Source: Desulfonatronovibrionaceae bacterium (GTDB lineage: Bacteria; Desulfobacterota; Desulfovibrionia; Desulfovibrionales; Desulfonatronovibrionaceae). Taken from it: a stretch of DNA of 64,000 nucleotides. The notes beneath the pieces were generated by a model. That model made no database searches, was not told where the DNA came from, and was given only the letters and a program-made list of their open reading frames with translations. Below are positions 1-12,723 of this stretch, one piece after another (position 1 is the first letter of the stretch; each line of letters opens with the position of its first letter). The position numbers and the translations under genes are program-made. The stretch is taken from the NCBI GenBank assembly GCA_046539845.1, contig JBKHGE010000001.1:124001-188000 (forward strand), in the 5' to 3' direction.

Positions 1-1164
1 ACCCGCCTCTCGCATCTGCTTATAAAAAGTTTTAAAAAGTCCGGGATCAGCCTTTTTTGCCGAAGCAAAATCATGGACCTCATCCGAGGTAAAAAACAAG
101 GTGAACATGGACGCGATCAAATTCAGCTGCACCGGGACACCTTTTTCGGCCAGGATACCCTTCAGCTCCCGGGCGAATCTCTGGGTGTCCCGGGTCAAAC
201 GTTCATAATCGCAGCTTTTGAGGGTGCCCAAAGTGGCCGCCCCGCAGGCCATGGCCAAAGGATTCCCGGCCAAGGTACCGGCCTGATAAACCTCTCCGCA
301 GGGGGCTATGCGGGCCATTATCTCCCTTTTTCCCCCGTAGGCCCCGACAGGCATCCCGCCGCCTATTATCTTGCCCAGGCAGGTCAGATCCGGAGTCACT
401 CCGAAATAGCCCTGAGCACCGTTGAAATCGACCCGAAACCCAGTAATTACTTCATCGAACACGAGCAGGCTGCCGTAATTTTCTGTCAGTTCCCGGAGCC
501 CTTGCAAAAAACCTTCCCGCGGCAGAATACAGCCCATATTACCGGCCACCGGCTCGACAAAAACAGCCGCTATGTCCTCTCCATGCCTGGAAAAAAGCTC
601 GCGCACCCGCTCCAGATCATTGTAATCCGCCAGAAGGGTATCGCGGACAACCTCCTCCGGGACACCCGGTGTTCCGGGTATGGATAGGGTAGCCACTCCT
701 GATCCGGCACTGGCCAAAAAGGCATCCACATGTCCATGATATCCGCCCACGAATTTAATTACCTTGTTTCTCCCGGTATAGGCCCGGGCCAGGCGAAGGG
801 CGCTCATGGTCGCCTCGGTCCCGGAATTGACCATGCGGATCATCTCCACTCCAGGCAGGGCGTCCACTATCTCCCGGGCCAAATCTATCTCTGCCCGGCA
901 GGGGGCGCCGAAAGTAATTCCGTTGTCAACCGCCCTCTTGACCTCCTCCACCACCCGGGGGTGATTGTGCCCGAGGAGCATTGGTCCCCAGGACATGACA
1001 AAATCAATGAGTTCCCGGCCGTCCTGGCTGTACATCTTGGACCCCTGGGCTCGGGAGATGAACAAAGGTTCCTCCTCCACGCTCCTGCAGGCCCGGACCG
1101 GGCTATTCACCCCGCCGGGTATTAGTTCCTGGGCCTGGACAAAGAGTTCATCAGATAAACGCAT
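1..1164 (-). CDS. hemL: Glutamate-1-semialdehyde 2,1-aminomutase (3' end runs off the window)
   Basis: Absent from the ORF track; translated by hand from ATG 1164 (AAGGAG upstream): [26 protein letters not shown]..., [32 protein letters not shown] (PLP Lys), [10 protein letters not shown]. The + strand ORFs 73..687 and 730..1125 are its shadows. Confidence 0.95.
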   Translation of the reverse strand, partial: MRLSDELFVQAQELIPGGVNSPVRACRSVEEEPLFISRAQGSKMYSQDGRELIDFVMSWGPMLLGHNHPRVVEEVKRAVDNGITFGAPCRAEIDLAREIVDALPGVEMIRMVNSGTEATMSALRLARAYTGRNKVIKFVGGYHGHVDAFLASAGSGVATLSIPGTPGVPEEVVRDTLLADYNDLERVRELFSRHGEDIAAVFVEPVAGNMGCILPREGFLQGLRELTENYGSLLVFDEVITGFRVDFNGAQGYFGVTPDLTCLGKIIGGGMPVGAYGGKREIMARIAPCGEVYQAGTLAGNPLAMACGAATLGTLKSCDYERLTRDTQRFARELKGILAEKGVPVQLNLIASMFTLFFTSDEVHDFASAKKADPGLFKTFYKQMREAG

Positions 1165-1186
1165 ATGCTTACTCCTTGTTTTTTTT

Positions 1187-1798
1187 CTAGCTGAGATCTA
1201 TTTTTGACCCGGAGACGATGAAGTCAATCAGCTTATCCACACACTCTTCCACAGAGCATTTATCTGTCTCCAGGACTAGATCCGGGTCTTCCGGCTCTTC
1301 GTATGGCGAGGATATGCCGGTATAATTCTTTATCCTTCCCTCCCGGGCCAGGGCGTAAAGACCTTTGGCATCCCTTTTTTCGCACTCCTTCAAGGCGCAT
1401 TTGACGTAGATTTCATAAAAGTCGTCCCCACCCACAAGGCATCTGACTTTTTCGCGGTCCTCGCGGTAAGGAGAGATGAACGCGGTCAGGCACATAATGC
1501 CTGCATCCACAAAAAGCCTGACCATCTCTCCGATGCGGCGGATATTTTCGGACCGGCCTTCCGGGGAAAAACTCAAATCCCGGCAGAGTCCCTTACGGAC
1601 ATTGTCACCGTCAAAGACATATGTCCTCATACCCATATTATACAGGCGTTCCTCGGTTAAATGGGCCAGGGTGGATTTCCCGGAACCGGAGAGACCGGTC
1701 AGCCAATACACCCCGCTCTTATGGCGGTTCAAATCCTCCCTGTGCCTTCGCCTGACCGCTCCGCGGTATTCGACTACATGCCTATCGCAACTGGTCAT
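1187..1798 (-). CDS. cysC: Adenylyl-sulfate (APS) kinase
   Basis: [13 protein letters not shown]-loop, [33 protein letters not shown]. Confidence 0.95.
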   Translation of the reverse strand: MTSCDRHVVEYRGAVRRRHREDLNRHKSGVYWLTGLSGSGKSTLAHLTEERLYNMGMRTYVFDGDNVRKGLCRDLSFSPEGRSENIRRIGEMVRLFVDAGIMCLTAFISPYREDREKVRCLVGGDDFYEIYVKCALKECEKRDAKGLYALAREGRIKNYTGISSPYEEPEDPDLVLETDKCSVEECVDKLIDFIVSGSKIDLS

Positions 1799-1816
1799 AT
1801 CCCTTCCTTTTTGCGG

Positions 1817-2884
1817 CTATAAGACACGTGCTCCGTCTTTTTGGACGTGGATCATGTACTCCCAGCGAACCCCGCCCCATTTTGGGTAATAAAGGCCAGG
1901 CTCTACGGTCACCACCATGTTCTCCCGAAAACATCCCTCGGCAGTCGGGGCCAGACTGGGCGGTTCGTGCGTCTCCAATCCGATTCCGTGCCCCAGGGCG
2001 TGTGTAAAATATGAATCCACTCCGAGCTCTTGAAAATAATTTCTGGCTGTATAATAGGCCTCTTTGAACTCCAGGCCCGGCCTTATCTCAGAAATGGCCC
2101 TCTCTTGGGCCTCAGTGACCATTTCCTTGACCTCAAGAAATCGGCTGCTTTCTTTTCCCACCCAAAAGCTCCTCGTCTGGTCGGAGCAATAATCGTGCAA
2201 GCGCCCTCCCATATCCACAAGGACAAGATCCCGGTCCTTTAATAGCCTCTCTCCCGGTATTGCATGGGCCATAGCTGCATTCGGACCGAACGCGGCAATG
2301 GTGGAAAAACTGAGATCCTCCGCCCCAAGAGAGCGGAACAATTTCTCTGCCTCCCAGGCCAGTTCCTTCTCACTTATCCCGGGACGCAAAAATTCCTGGA
2401 TCCGAGAAAAGACCTCATGGTTCAAGGCACATGACTCCTCCAGGGCCTTTATCTCCCGGTCCTCTTTGATCATCCTTTGCTTTTCCACAAACAAACGGTC
2501 TGCAGGGAGCAGCTCAATCCCCTGTTTCTCAAGCTTTGAATAGGAGTCAAAACTCAAATGCACCGGTTCAAAGAATAGGTTGTCTATCTTTTTTTTCTTC
2601 AAATATTCGGACAAGATCTCGAATTTATTCTGCCTGTACAGGGTAAAATTCTCTCTACCCACAGCACTTATCGCTGCTAGTTCATACCTGGGATCGGTAA
2701 AAAGCCTCATTTCCCCGTCCCGGCTCAACAACAGAAAACCGGAACTCTCATTACATTGCGGGTCGTTCAGCTCAAAACCGGACAGATAATATCTGTTAAC
2801 CGCGCCGCTTATAAGGAAATGGTCAATTTTTTCCTCTTCCATCTTCCTTAAGAGATGCAGCCGACGCCTGGCAAATTCATCCAT
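1817..2884 (-). CDS. Xaa-Pro aminopeptidase/dipeptidase (M24 family)
   Basis: DMGG...SDQTR, HALGHGIGLETHE, TVEPGLY, GGVRWE metal ligands. Start placed at ATG 2884 (MDEFARRR); the ORF track extends it to 2929. Confidence 0.9.
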   Translation of the reverse strand: MDEFARRRLHLLRKMEEEKIDHFLISGAVNRYYLSGFELNDPQCNESSGFLLLSRDGEMRLFTDPRYELAAISAVGRENFTLYRQNKFEILSEYLKKKKIDNLFFEPVHLSFDSYSKLEKQGIELLPADRLFVEKQRMIKEDREIKALEESCALNHEVFSRIQEFLRPGISEKELAWEAEKLFRSLGAEDLSFSTIAAFGPNAAMAHAIPGERLLKDRDLVLVDMGGRLHDYCSDQTRSFWVGKESSRFLEVKEMVTEAQERAISEIRPGLEFKEAYYTARNYFQELGVDSYFTHALGHGIGLETHEPPSLAPTAEGCFRENMVVTVEPGLYYPKWGGVRWEYMIHVQKDGARVL

Positions 2885-2944
2885 CTCAAGCCGCCTGTAT
2901 GGTTTGCCCAGTATTGCGGGACTGTTCAAAAAAGAATCGACAAC

Positions 2945-3745
2945 TCATATATTTTTCCGGATCCGGCTCTGGAGGAATCCGGAAACCCGCTCGGTAATAA
3001 TAGTCTCCACCGGCTTTTGCAAGTGCTCCTTGACCAGCGCGCAAAGCCTTTGCTTAAGCCCGGAAAAGACATCCTTTTCCGTCTCCCGAACGAGGACAAT
3101 CACTTTTTTAGGAAAAACAAAGACCCGGAAATCATTGAGCCCGGAGACCAAAAAAATCTGTTCGCAGTATCTTACTGCAGCCAGAGTCTTTTCCCTTATC
3201 TCCGTGCCCGGGGCAATTCTGGTCAAAAGGCAGGAACGCGACGGCTGTTCGGGATTTTCCAGCCCCATATCCCGGGCTAGGCAGCGTATATCTTTTTTGC
3301 CCAGGCCGGCCCGGGCAAGCGGACTTTGCACCCCGGCCTCCTGCAAGGCCGAAAGACCCGGCCTGGAAGAGACTAAATCATCCGCATTACTACCGTCCAT
3401 CAAGCCGCGGGAAAAACCCTGCAAACGGAAGAGCATCTCTTTTTTGCACCAGTAACACCGTTCAGGACCGTTTGCCCGGATTTTTTCTATCCGCAAGGGA
3501 TCAAAAGACAAAAAAGTATGGGCTATACCTTGTCCTGAACACCAGTTAACGGCCTGCTCTGTTTCAAAACTGGTCAGATGCAGCCCCTTCAGGGTACAGG
3601 CTATAAAATCCACTTTACACATTGCGGCCGCAGCAGCCAGGACACGGCTGTCGATCCCCCCGGAAAAAGCCAGTACATATTTTCCGGACAAAGCTGTCAA
3701 AAAGGCCTGCAAATCCCGGCCCGCAGGATTATCTGTTAAAGACAT
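2945..3745 (-). CDS. larE: LarE-family PP-loop ATP-dependent sulfur insertase
   Basis: AFSGGIDS PP-loop, RCYWCKK, DGSNADD..RPG, SRSCLLTRI. Confidence 0.8.
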   Translation of the reverse strand: MSLTDNPAGRDLQAFLTALSGKYVLAFSGGIDSRVLAAAAAMCKVDFIACTLKGLHLTSFETEQAVNWCSGQGIAHTFLSFDPLRIEKIRANGPERCYWCKKEMLFRLQGFSRGLMDGSNADDLVSSRPGLSALQEAGVQSPLARAGLGKKDIRCLARDMGLENPEQPSRSCLLTRIAPGTEIREKTLAAVRYCEQIFLVSGLNDFRVFVFPKKVIVLVRETEKDVFSGLKQRLCALVKEHLQKPVETIITERVSGFLQSRIRKNI

Positions 3746-3764
3746 GCACCGGTTTATTTTTTGA

Positions 3765-4937
3765 TCAATGGGATTCTATCCTGTCCTGGGCCTCGGTAAG
3801 CAGAAAATCTCCGGACTTTATCCATTTTTTCAATATATCCGCCACCTCCAGAGACATGGTATGGCTGGTTACCGGCACGGAGCGCACCTTTTTGCTCTCT
3901 ATCTCCACTTCACCGGAACTCAATTCCTCAAAGGTCAAATACTTGAGGATCCGGTCCCTGCCCTGCCCATAATCCTGGCCGTAGTCCCGGACCGGCATCT
4001 GGATATCCTCGTCTCCCACTCCGGTGTACCAGGCTATTTCTTCGTTCAATATGGGAATGGGCACCCCGACTCCAACCGCAAGGGAACACCCATAGCCGAC
4101 CAGACTTACTCCGCGCAGATACCTGGAATGCATCCCGCTCAACTCCCCACGGAGCATTAGTGTACCTGCCGGATGGATGGGCAGACCGCGTTTATTCCGG
4201 GGCGGAGAGGGATTGTGCTGGGTTCCGGATCCGAGTACATAACCGACCCCACCGCCCAAAAATATTTTGGTTCCAAGTCCTGTAGTCCGGAAAAACGGAT
4301 CATTGAAAAGCGGACTTAAACTCCCGGAAGTAGCAAAATTGACATTACGCAGATTGGCCTTGAGCGGTCCCATATACGTATATTTAATTTTTCCGGTCTT
4401 GTTTACCGCACAGTTATAATTCTGGTAACAATTTCTGGGGTTTAGAAGAACAGCGTTTTTGAGCTCGCTCAGGGTGATGTCCTTTTCCAGCTCCAATCTG
4501 GGATAGCAATCCGTTCCATAGCCATATGCCTTCATATGTACGGACTTACCGCTGACTAGATCCTCAATTACATGCCCGCCCCCGTATTTGAACTTGCCCG
4601 GATAGACTTTGTTTAAAGCATCATCCTCGGCCGGCTGGGTCACTCCCAGATAGGCGTCCACGGCAGCCAGACCTCCATGGCAGGCCACTCCGTTCAAAAA
4701 AAGCTTGTAGGCCTTTATGGTCGGAGGCTGCTGCCCGATATTAAAAAGAAACCCGGAAGAACACATAGGCGAAAAGGTCCCGGTGGTCACCACATCCACC
4801 TCCCGGGCAGCTTTTTCATTTCCCTTGGATTTCACCAGCCTGGTCATCTCCCTGGCGTTGACCACTACGGCCTCGCCCTTTTTTATCCTGGAATTTATCT
4901 CTGCTATGGTCTTGTTTACTTTAAAACCTGTGTTCAT
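3765..4937 (-). CDS. DUF39 homocysteine biosynthesis protein (L-aspartate-semialdehyde sulfurtransferase-like), no CBS domains
   Basis: KTIAEINSRIKKGEAVV, VDVVTTGTFSPMCSSG, YGGGHVIEDL, GTDCYP, NPRNCYQNY, GVGVPIPILNE. Confidence 0.88.
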   Translation of the reverse strand: MNTGFKVNKTIAEINSRIKKGEAVVVNAREMTRLVKSKGNEKAAREVDVVTTGTFSPMCSSGFLFNIGQQPPTIKAYKLFLNGVACHGGLAAVDAYLGVTQPAEDDALNKVYPGKFKYGGGHVIEDLVSGKSVHMKAYGYGTDCYPRLELEKDITLSELKNAVLLNPRNCYQNYNCAVNKTGKIKYTYMGPLKANLRNVNFATSGSLSPLFNDPFFRTTGLGTKIFLGGGVGYVLGSGTQHNPSPPRNKRGLPIHPAGTLMLRGELSGMHSRYLRGVSLVGYGCSLAVGVGVPIPILNEEIAWYTGVGDEDIQMPVRDYGQDYGQGRDRILKYLTFEELSSGEVEIESKKVRSVPVTSHTMSLEVADILKKWIKSGDFLLTEAQDRIESH

Positions 4938-5260
4938 ACTTCCTTTCCTTTAATTTTATCTACATTACCGGGGGCATGTTAAGCGGCGGTTAAAAATTTC
5001 AAACTGTTAACATACAGACCACCGGTTTTTGACCATGATTTTGGCGCTAGCGCTTATTTTTTAGCGGGCTGGGGTATAAGGCGTGTTTTTACAATCACTT
5101 ACCCCGGGTAAAAACCACTGTTTTTTTTCAGCAATTCCCTTTGCTGCGGAGGGAATAGTTGCCAAGCCCCTATCATGTTTGGTATGGTTTTCAGCTATTA
5201 AACTGAGTCATTTAAGTCAAACACAGTTTATCAGCCAGACTAGGTCTAACCCTTTTCAAT

Positions 5261-6571
5261 TTGGAAGCCTTATTGACTCCGGTGCAAAAAAAACAACTTA
5301 TTTCCGGCATAAAAGACCCAGCTCTTCGGGAAAAAGCGGATAAAATACTCCGGGAAACAGATGTAAGCCGGCAGGGAAACACCGTGACCCTTACTTTTCC
5401 GCACAAATTCAGCCTAGAGATGTTTACAAACTCCTGCCTGGCGGAAATCCAAAAAAATATCTCCTGGGAACTAAAACTGGATATCAGGCAAAAAGGACCA
5501 ACACCCGGGAAAATCTCTCCTTGCGGCCAAAGAGAAATGAAACTCCCTTTCGGTCGGGAGTACTCATTTGAAAACTTTTTACACAACAAAAAAAACTATT
5601 TCCCTTGGGTGTCCTCAAAAGAAATCGCTGAAAAAAACGATACCGAATTCAATCCGTTTGTCATATTCGGAATGAATTCCACCGGCAAGACCCATCTTTT
5701 GCGGGCGATAGCCAATTACCTGGTTCAGAAGAAAAAAATAAACCCGGATACAATTCTATTGTCCAACGCCGAGGAACTGGGCAATATATATAAATCCAGG
5801 TTTGAAACCCGTGAAGGGGCTAGAGATTTTATTACCCGGCAAGGTTTTCTGTTTATAGACAATATCCATGAGCTGATTCACCTTGAACACCTGCAAAAGG
5901 AATTGATCCTTCTTTTTGACCATTTCCACGAACAAAAAAAACAGATGATTTTCTGCTTTACCGGGGCCCTGTCCCTGTTGGACAGCCTTAACCCCAATCT
6001 TAAATCCCGCTTGGAATGGGGGCTTTTAGTCCGAGTTAAAAGGCCGGATATGGAGGTCAGAATCAGGTATATTAAACAAAAATGCCGGGAAAAAAGGCTC
6101 AATCTGAGCAATGAACAGATCCTGACCATTGCCGAAAAATTCGAAAATATCCGTACTATTCAGGGGATTATACTCAAATTGTTCGCTTTCCATAAACTGG
6201 TGACTCCGGAATTGTCCGCCCATGACTTCCAGACCATACTCTCCAGCCTGGACGACGGCAGCAACAGAAAGAGTATTGATTTTGAGGAACTTGTTCAGCT
6301 GGTCTGCGAAGAAATGGACATATCACCCCAGGAGATGCTCTCCAAAAACAGAAAGAAAAAGACCGTACTTTCCCGGCAGATATGCATGTATCTGGCCCGG
6401 CAGTTTCTGCCTTTGTCCTATCCGGAAATAGGCAAAAAATTCGGAAACTTGGACCACAGCACAGTTATTTATAGCGTAAAAAAAATTGATAAATTCAAGG
6501 AAGATAACACAGAAACGAAAAACCTGTTAAAAAATATGGTCGCAAAATGTCACTCTATGATCCACGAATAA
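5261..6571 (+). CDS. dnaA: Chromosomal replication initiator DnaA (divergent; TTG start uncertain)
   Basis: YSFENF, FNPFVIFGMNSTGKTHLL (Walker A), LKSRLEWGL, RQICMYL, SYPEIGKKFGNLDHSTVIYS; directly upstream of dnaN. Confidence 0.88.
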   Translation: MEALLTPVQKKQLISGIKDPALREKADKILRETDVSRQGNTVTLTFPHKFSLEMFTNSCLAEIQKNISWELKLDIRQKGPTPGKISPCGQREMKLPFGREYSFENFLHNKKNYFPWVSSKEIAEKNDTEFNPFVIFGMNSTGKTHLLRAIANYLVQKKKINPDTILLSNAEELGNIYKSRFETREGARDFITRQGFLFIDNIHELIHLEHLQKELILLFDHFHEQKKQMIFCFTGALSLLDSLNPNLKSRLEWGLLVRVKRPDMEVRIRYIKQKCREKRLNLSNEQILTIAEKFENIRTIQGIILKLFAFHKLVTPELSAHDFQTILSSLDDGSNRKSIDFEELVQLVCEEMDISPQEMLSKNRKKKTVLSRQICMYLARQFLPLSYPEIGKKFGNLDHSTVIYSVKKIDKFKEDNTETKNLLKNMVAKCHSMIHE

Positions 6572-6699
6572 ATTACCTCTTTGGGATGTATGCTTTGTTT
6601 TTTACCAGTGCCTTTTTGTGCACAAAAAAAATAAATAAATTACAAAATGTTAAGTAAATTATAAACAAAGCACACCAACCTTATTATTGGAGTTTAATT
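6572..6699. other. Candidate oriC / unwinding region (dnaA-dnaN spacer)
   Basis: Very AT-rich. 16-bp palindrome TTTTTGTGCACAAAAA (6613-6628); inverted repeat TGCTTTGTTT/AAACAAAGCA (6591-6600/6663-6672). Gene orientation switches from - to + at dnaA. Confidence 0.55.
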
Positions 6700-7851
6700 A
6701 TGAAATTAAAAGTAATGAAAGAAGAAATCATGGAAGGAACCCAGAAAGCGGGGTCAATCATTCCGGCCAGGACAGGGGCCGCTTACTTGAGGAGTATATG
6801 GCTCAGGGCAAAAGATAATCAGCTGGAAATGATGGCTACAGACGCCAATATGGAATTTGCCGGCAGATACACCGCTGTCGTGGAAGATCCGGGACTGGTC
6901 GGAGTAAACGGCCGCAAACTGGCCGAACTCATGCGCAGGATGCCTCCCGGGGAGATAACCATGCGCCTGGATGACAACGGAAATGTTCTCTATCTGGAAC
7001 AGGGAAGAAAGAGATACAAGCTCCCGGCCAATGATCCGACCTGGTTTCAGGAACTGGCTCCCTTCCCGGAACACTATTTTTATTGGGAAGGAGAGAAAAT
7101 AAAAGATATCCTGGAACGGACTATCTACTGCATAGCAGACACCGAAAGCCTGACCAACATCACCTGTCTTTCTTTTATGGCTTTGGACGAGGACAAAGTT
7201 GAGAGCTGTGGCCTGGACGGACAGAAAATAGCCCTTTACTGGTTCGAAAATAAGGATATGTACAAAATTTTAAAGGAAAACAATCTCCTTTTGGAAAAGC
7301 CATACCTAAACGAACTCAAACGCTGGATATTTCCCGGGGAAATCAAAATGGGGATATCAGCCAAAAAAGTATTTTTTGCCGATCCGGAAGAAAAAGAGGT
7401 ATTCAGTATTCCCTTAAAATCCGGAGAATTTCCCGGATACAGGGATATTCTGAGCAGATTCGAAAACCGGCTGAATACAAAAATAACTGTCTACCGGGAA
7501 GAAATGCTCGACTGCCTGGAGCGGATTGCCCTGTTCACTACGGATGAATTCCAGTCCGTCCATTTTAAGATTTTTGACGATTATCTCTTTCTGGACTATC
7601 AAGGACAGGACACAGGTGAGGCCTATGAGGAGATTGGAGCGGAAGTTTCCGGGGAAGTGAATGAAATAATTCTCGCCACCCGTCACCTAATCTCAATCCT
7701 CAATCATTTCGATTCCGAAAGGGTTGCTTTCAGCCTGTCTTCCAGCAATGACCCATGTTTTATAACCGGAGAGCAAGATCCGGGATATACGTGCATCACC
7801 ATGCCGGTGACAATTGAAGAGGAAACCTATTATACTGAAGAAGAAGTATAA
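6700..7851 (+). CDS. dnaN: DNA polymerase III beta sliding clamp
   Basis: 383 aa between dnaA and gyrB; MATD, GEFPGY, MLDCLERI, C-terminal ITMPV. Confidence 0.92.
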   Translation: MKLKVMKEEIMEGTQKAGSIIPARTGAAYLRSIWLRAKDNQLEMMATDANMEFAGRYTAVVEDPGLVGVNGRKLAELMRRMPPGEITMRLDDNGNVLYLEQGRKRYKLPANDPTWFQELAPFPEHYFYWEGEKIKDILERTIYCIADTESLTNITCLSFMALDEDKVESCGLDGQKIALYWFENKDMYKILKENNLLLEKPYLNELKRWIFPGEIKMGISAKKVFFADPEEKEVFSIPLKSGEFPGYRDILSRFENRLNTKITVYREEMLDCLERIALFTTDEFQSVHFKIFDDYLFLDYQGQDTGEAYEEIGAEVSGEVNEIILATRHLISILNHFDSERVAFSLSSSNDPCFITGEQDPGYTCITMPVTIEEETYYTEEEV

Positions 7852-7871
7852 TAAAAACAGGTAATTAATAA

Positions 7872-10253
<2,382 letters not shown>

Positions 10254-10281
10254 TTTAGCAGGTAATTTTAGCGAGGGATAA

Positions 10282-12705
10282 ATGTCGGATATCATATCCA
10301 TTGAACAGGAACTGCAGAAATCCTATCTTGAATACTCCCTTAGTGTTATAATCGGACGGGCCATTCCGGATGTCCGGGACGGTCTTAAACCGGTGCACCG
10401 CAGGATTCTTTATGCCATGCATGAGCTGGGGATCACTTACAACCGGGGATACAAAAAATCCGCCCGAGTGGTCGGGGATGTAATAGGTAAATATCATCCG
10501 CATGGTGATTCGGCGGTTTACGACGCCTTGGTACGCATGGCCCAGGATTTTAATATGCGCGACGTTTTGGTGGACGGGCAGGGGAACTTTGGTTCCCTGG
10601 ACGGAGACGCCCCGGCCGCCATGCGTTACACCGAATGCCGGATGTCCAGGCTTGCAAGTGAGTTTCTGGCCGATATAGAAAAAGATACCGTTAATACCAT
10701 TTCCAATTATGACAACACCCTGGAGGAACCAGAGGTGTTACCGGCCAAGGTCCCGAACCTGCTTGTAAATGGGGCCTCGGGCATAGCCGTGGGCATGGCT
10801 ACCAATATTCCTCCGCATAATCTGGGAGAAGTAGTTGATGCCTGCCTGTATTTGCTCTCCCGACCGCAATGTTCCATTTCCGAACTCATGCATTATGTAC
10901 AGGGTCCGGATTTTCCCACCGGAGCCTATATTTACGGCCGGGAAGGGATGGAGTCGGCCTACAGGACCGGGAAAGGCAGCGTGCGTATTCGCTCCGATAT
11001 GGTCGTGGAGCAGAGGTCCCGGGGAATGGAATCCATAGTGGTCAAGGAAATCCCTTATGCCCTGAACAAGGCCAATTTGGTGGAAAAGATAGCTGCTCTG
11101 GTCCACGAAAGAAAGATCGAGGGCATAAGTGATCTGCGCGACGAGTCCGACCGCAACGGCATCCGTATAGTTATTGACCTTAAAAAAGGGGTCATCTCTG
11201 ATGTGGTCATAAACAAATTATACAAATACACCTCGCTTGAGACCAGCTTCGGCATAAACACAATGGCCGTGGTCAACAACCGGCCCCAGCTCCTCAATCT
11301 AAAAGAAATACTGGAATATTTCATAGATCACAGAAAAGAAGTGGTTTTGCGTCGCACCCGCTTTGATCTAAAAAAGGCGGAGCATAGGGCACATATACTG
11401 GAAGGGCTGCGCATTGCCCTGGAAAATATAGACGAAGTGGTCCATATTATCCGTAATTCCCAAAACGCTTCCGAGGCCAAGGACAAGCTTATAAACCGCT
11501 TTGAATTAAGCGATATTCAGGCCCAGGCTATTTTGGACATGCGGCTGCACCGCCTGACCAGCCTGGAGCGGGAAAGCCTCCTGCAGGAGTATGCCCAGGT
11601 CTTGAAAAAAATAGAGTACCTCAAAAGTATCCTGGAGAATGTCCAGGTCCTGAAGGGGGTTATCCGCGAGGAGCTAGAGGAGCTGAAAAACGGTTTCGCC
11701 ACTGCGCGCAAGTCGCGTATCCTGGAGCAGGATCCGGAAAACATAGACATGCGGGATCTGGTTCCTGACGTGGAAACAGTGCTTACTTTGTCCCGCAACG
11801 GATATATCAAAAGAACGCCTTTGGAGAACTATCATCAGCAAAAACGCGGGGGCAAGGGCATAGCCGGGGCCAATGTCTCCTCCAAGGACTTTATCTCCAC
11901 TTTGTTGACCACCACCAATCATCAGGACCTGTATTTGTTTTCCAACCGGGGTAAGGTGTACCGCATAAAGGTGTATGAAGTCCCGGAAGGTAGCCGGATT
12001 GCCCGCGGGGTGCATCTAAAAAACCTCGTTCCCCTGGACGATGAGGAATATATTGCCACGGCCATCACCTCCCGCGATCTTAACGCAGGCAAGTATTTTC
12101 TGTTTTTTACCAAAAAGGGAATGGTCAAGCGCACCGCTTGTGAGCAATACAAAAATATCCGCAGTATGGGGCTAATAGCCCTCGGGCTGAAGGAAGAAGA
12201 TGAACTCATCGGAGTGCGTACGGTTAAAGAACAAGAAGAAATTATCCTCTCCACCAGGCTGGGATATTGTATCCGTTTTAAATGCAGCGAGGTCCGACCC
12301 ACTGGCCGTAGCGCCATAGGGGTAAAAGGGATTTCCTTGCGTTTTGGGGACGAAGTGGTTTCCTCGGTTATAGCCAGCAGCGCCGAGGGCTATGACTTAG
12401 CTACCATCTCTGAAAAGGGGTTTGGGAAAAAGACTCCTTTGTCCATGTATCGCCTGCAGTCCAGAGGGGGCAAAGGCATAATCAATATGAAGCTGACCAA
12501 GCGTTCCGGACCGGCGGTGGGTTCTCTTCTCCTTGCCCCGGGTGAGGAGCTTATTCTGCTTACCTCGGCCAGCAAAATAATCCGCATAAACTCTGATGAA
12601 GTCAGGAGCACCGGTCGTTCCACCCAGGGAGTCAAGCTGGTCAACCTGGAAAAGGACCAGAAAGTGATCTGTTTTGACGTGGTGGTCCAGGAAAACGAGC
12701 TATAA
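10282..12705 (+). CDS. gyrA: DNA gyrase subunit A
   Basis: [33 protein letters not shown], GyrA-box QKRGGKG. Confidence 0.98.
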   Translation: MSDIISIEQELQKSYLEYSLSVIIGRAIPDVRDGLKPVHRRILYAMHELGITYNRGYKKSARVVGDVIGKYHPHGDSAVYDALVRMAQDFNMRDVLVDGQGNFGSLDGDAPAAMRYTECRMSRLASEFLADIEKDTVNTISNYDNTLEEPEVLPAKVPNLLVNGASGIAVGMATNIPPHNLGEVVDACLYLLSRPQCSISELMHYVQGPDFPTGAYIYGREGMESAYRTGKGSVRIRSDMVVEQRSRGMESIVVKEIPYALNKANLVEKIAALVHERKIEGISDLRDESDRNGIRIVIDLKKGVISDVVINKLYKYTSLETSFGINTMAVVNNRPQLLNLKEILEYFIDHRKEVVLRRTRFDLKKAEHRAHILEGLRIALENIDEVVHIIRNSQNASEAKDKLINRFELSDIQAQAILDMRLHRLTSLERESLLQEYAQVLKKIEYLKSILENVQVLKGVIREELEELKNGFATARKSRILEQDPENIDMRDLVPDVETVLTLSRNGYIKRTPLENYHQQKRGGKGIAGANVSSKDFISTLLTTTNHQDLYLFSNRGKVYRIKVYEVPEGSRIARGVHLKNLVPLDDEEYIATAITSRDLNAGKYFLFFTKKGMVKRTACEQYKNIRSMGLIALGLKEEDELIGVRTVKEQEEIILSTRLGYCIRFKCSEVRPTGRSAIGVKGISLRFGDEVVSSVIASSAEGYDLATISEKGFGKKTPLSMYRLQSRGGKGIINMKLTKRSGPAVGSLLLAPGEELILLTSASKIIRINSDEVRSTGRSTQGVKLVNLEKDQKVICFDVVVQENEL

Positions 12706-12723
12706 ACAAAATAGCCCTGTTTT

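Noticed and set aside
73..1125. Long + strand ORFs (204 aa and 131 aa)
   Set aside because: Antisense shadows of hemL; no recognisable motifs.
1233..1241. Perfect DnaA box TTATCCACA
   Set aside because: Single copy inside the cysC coding sequence, 4 kb from dnaA; compatible with chance.
5577..5585. TTTTACACA matching the TTWTNCACA consensus
   Set aside because: Isolated and inside dnaA codons; not enough to call a site.
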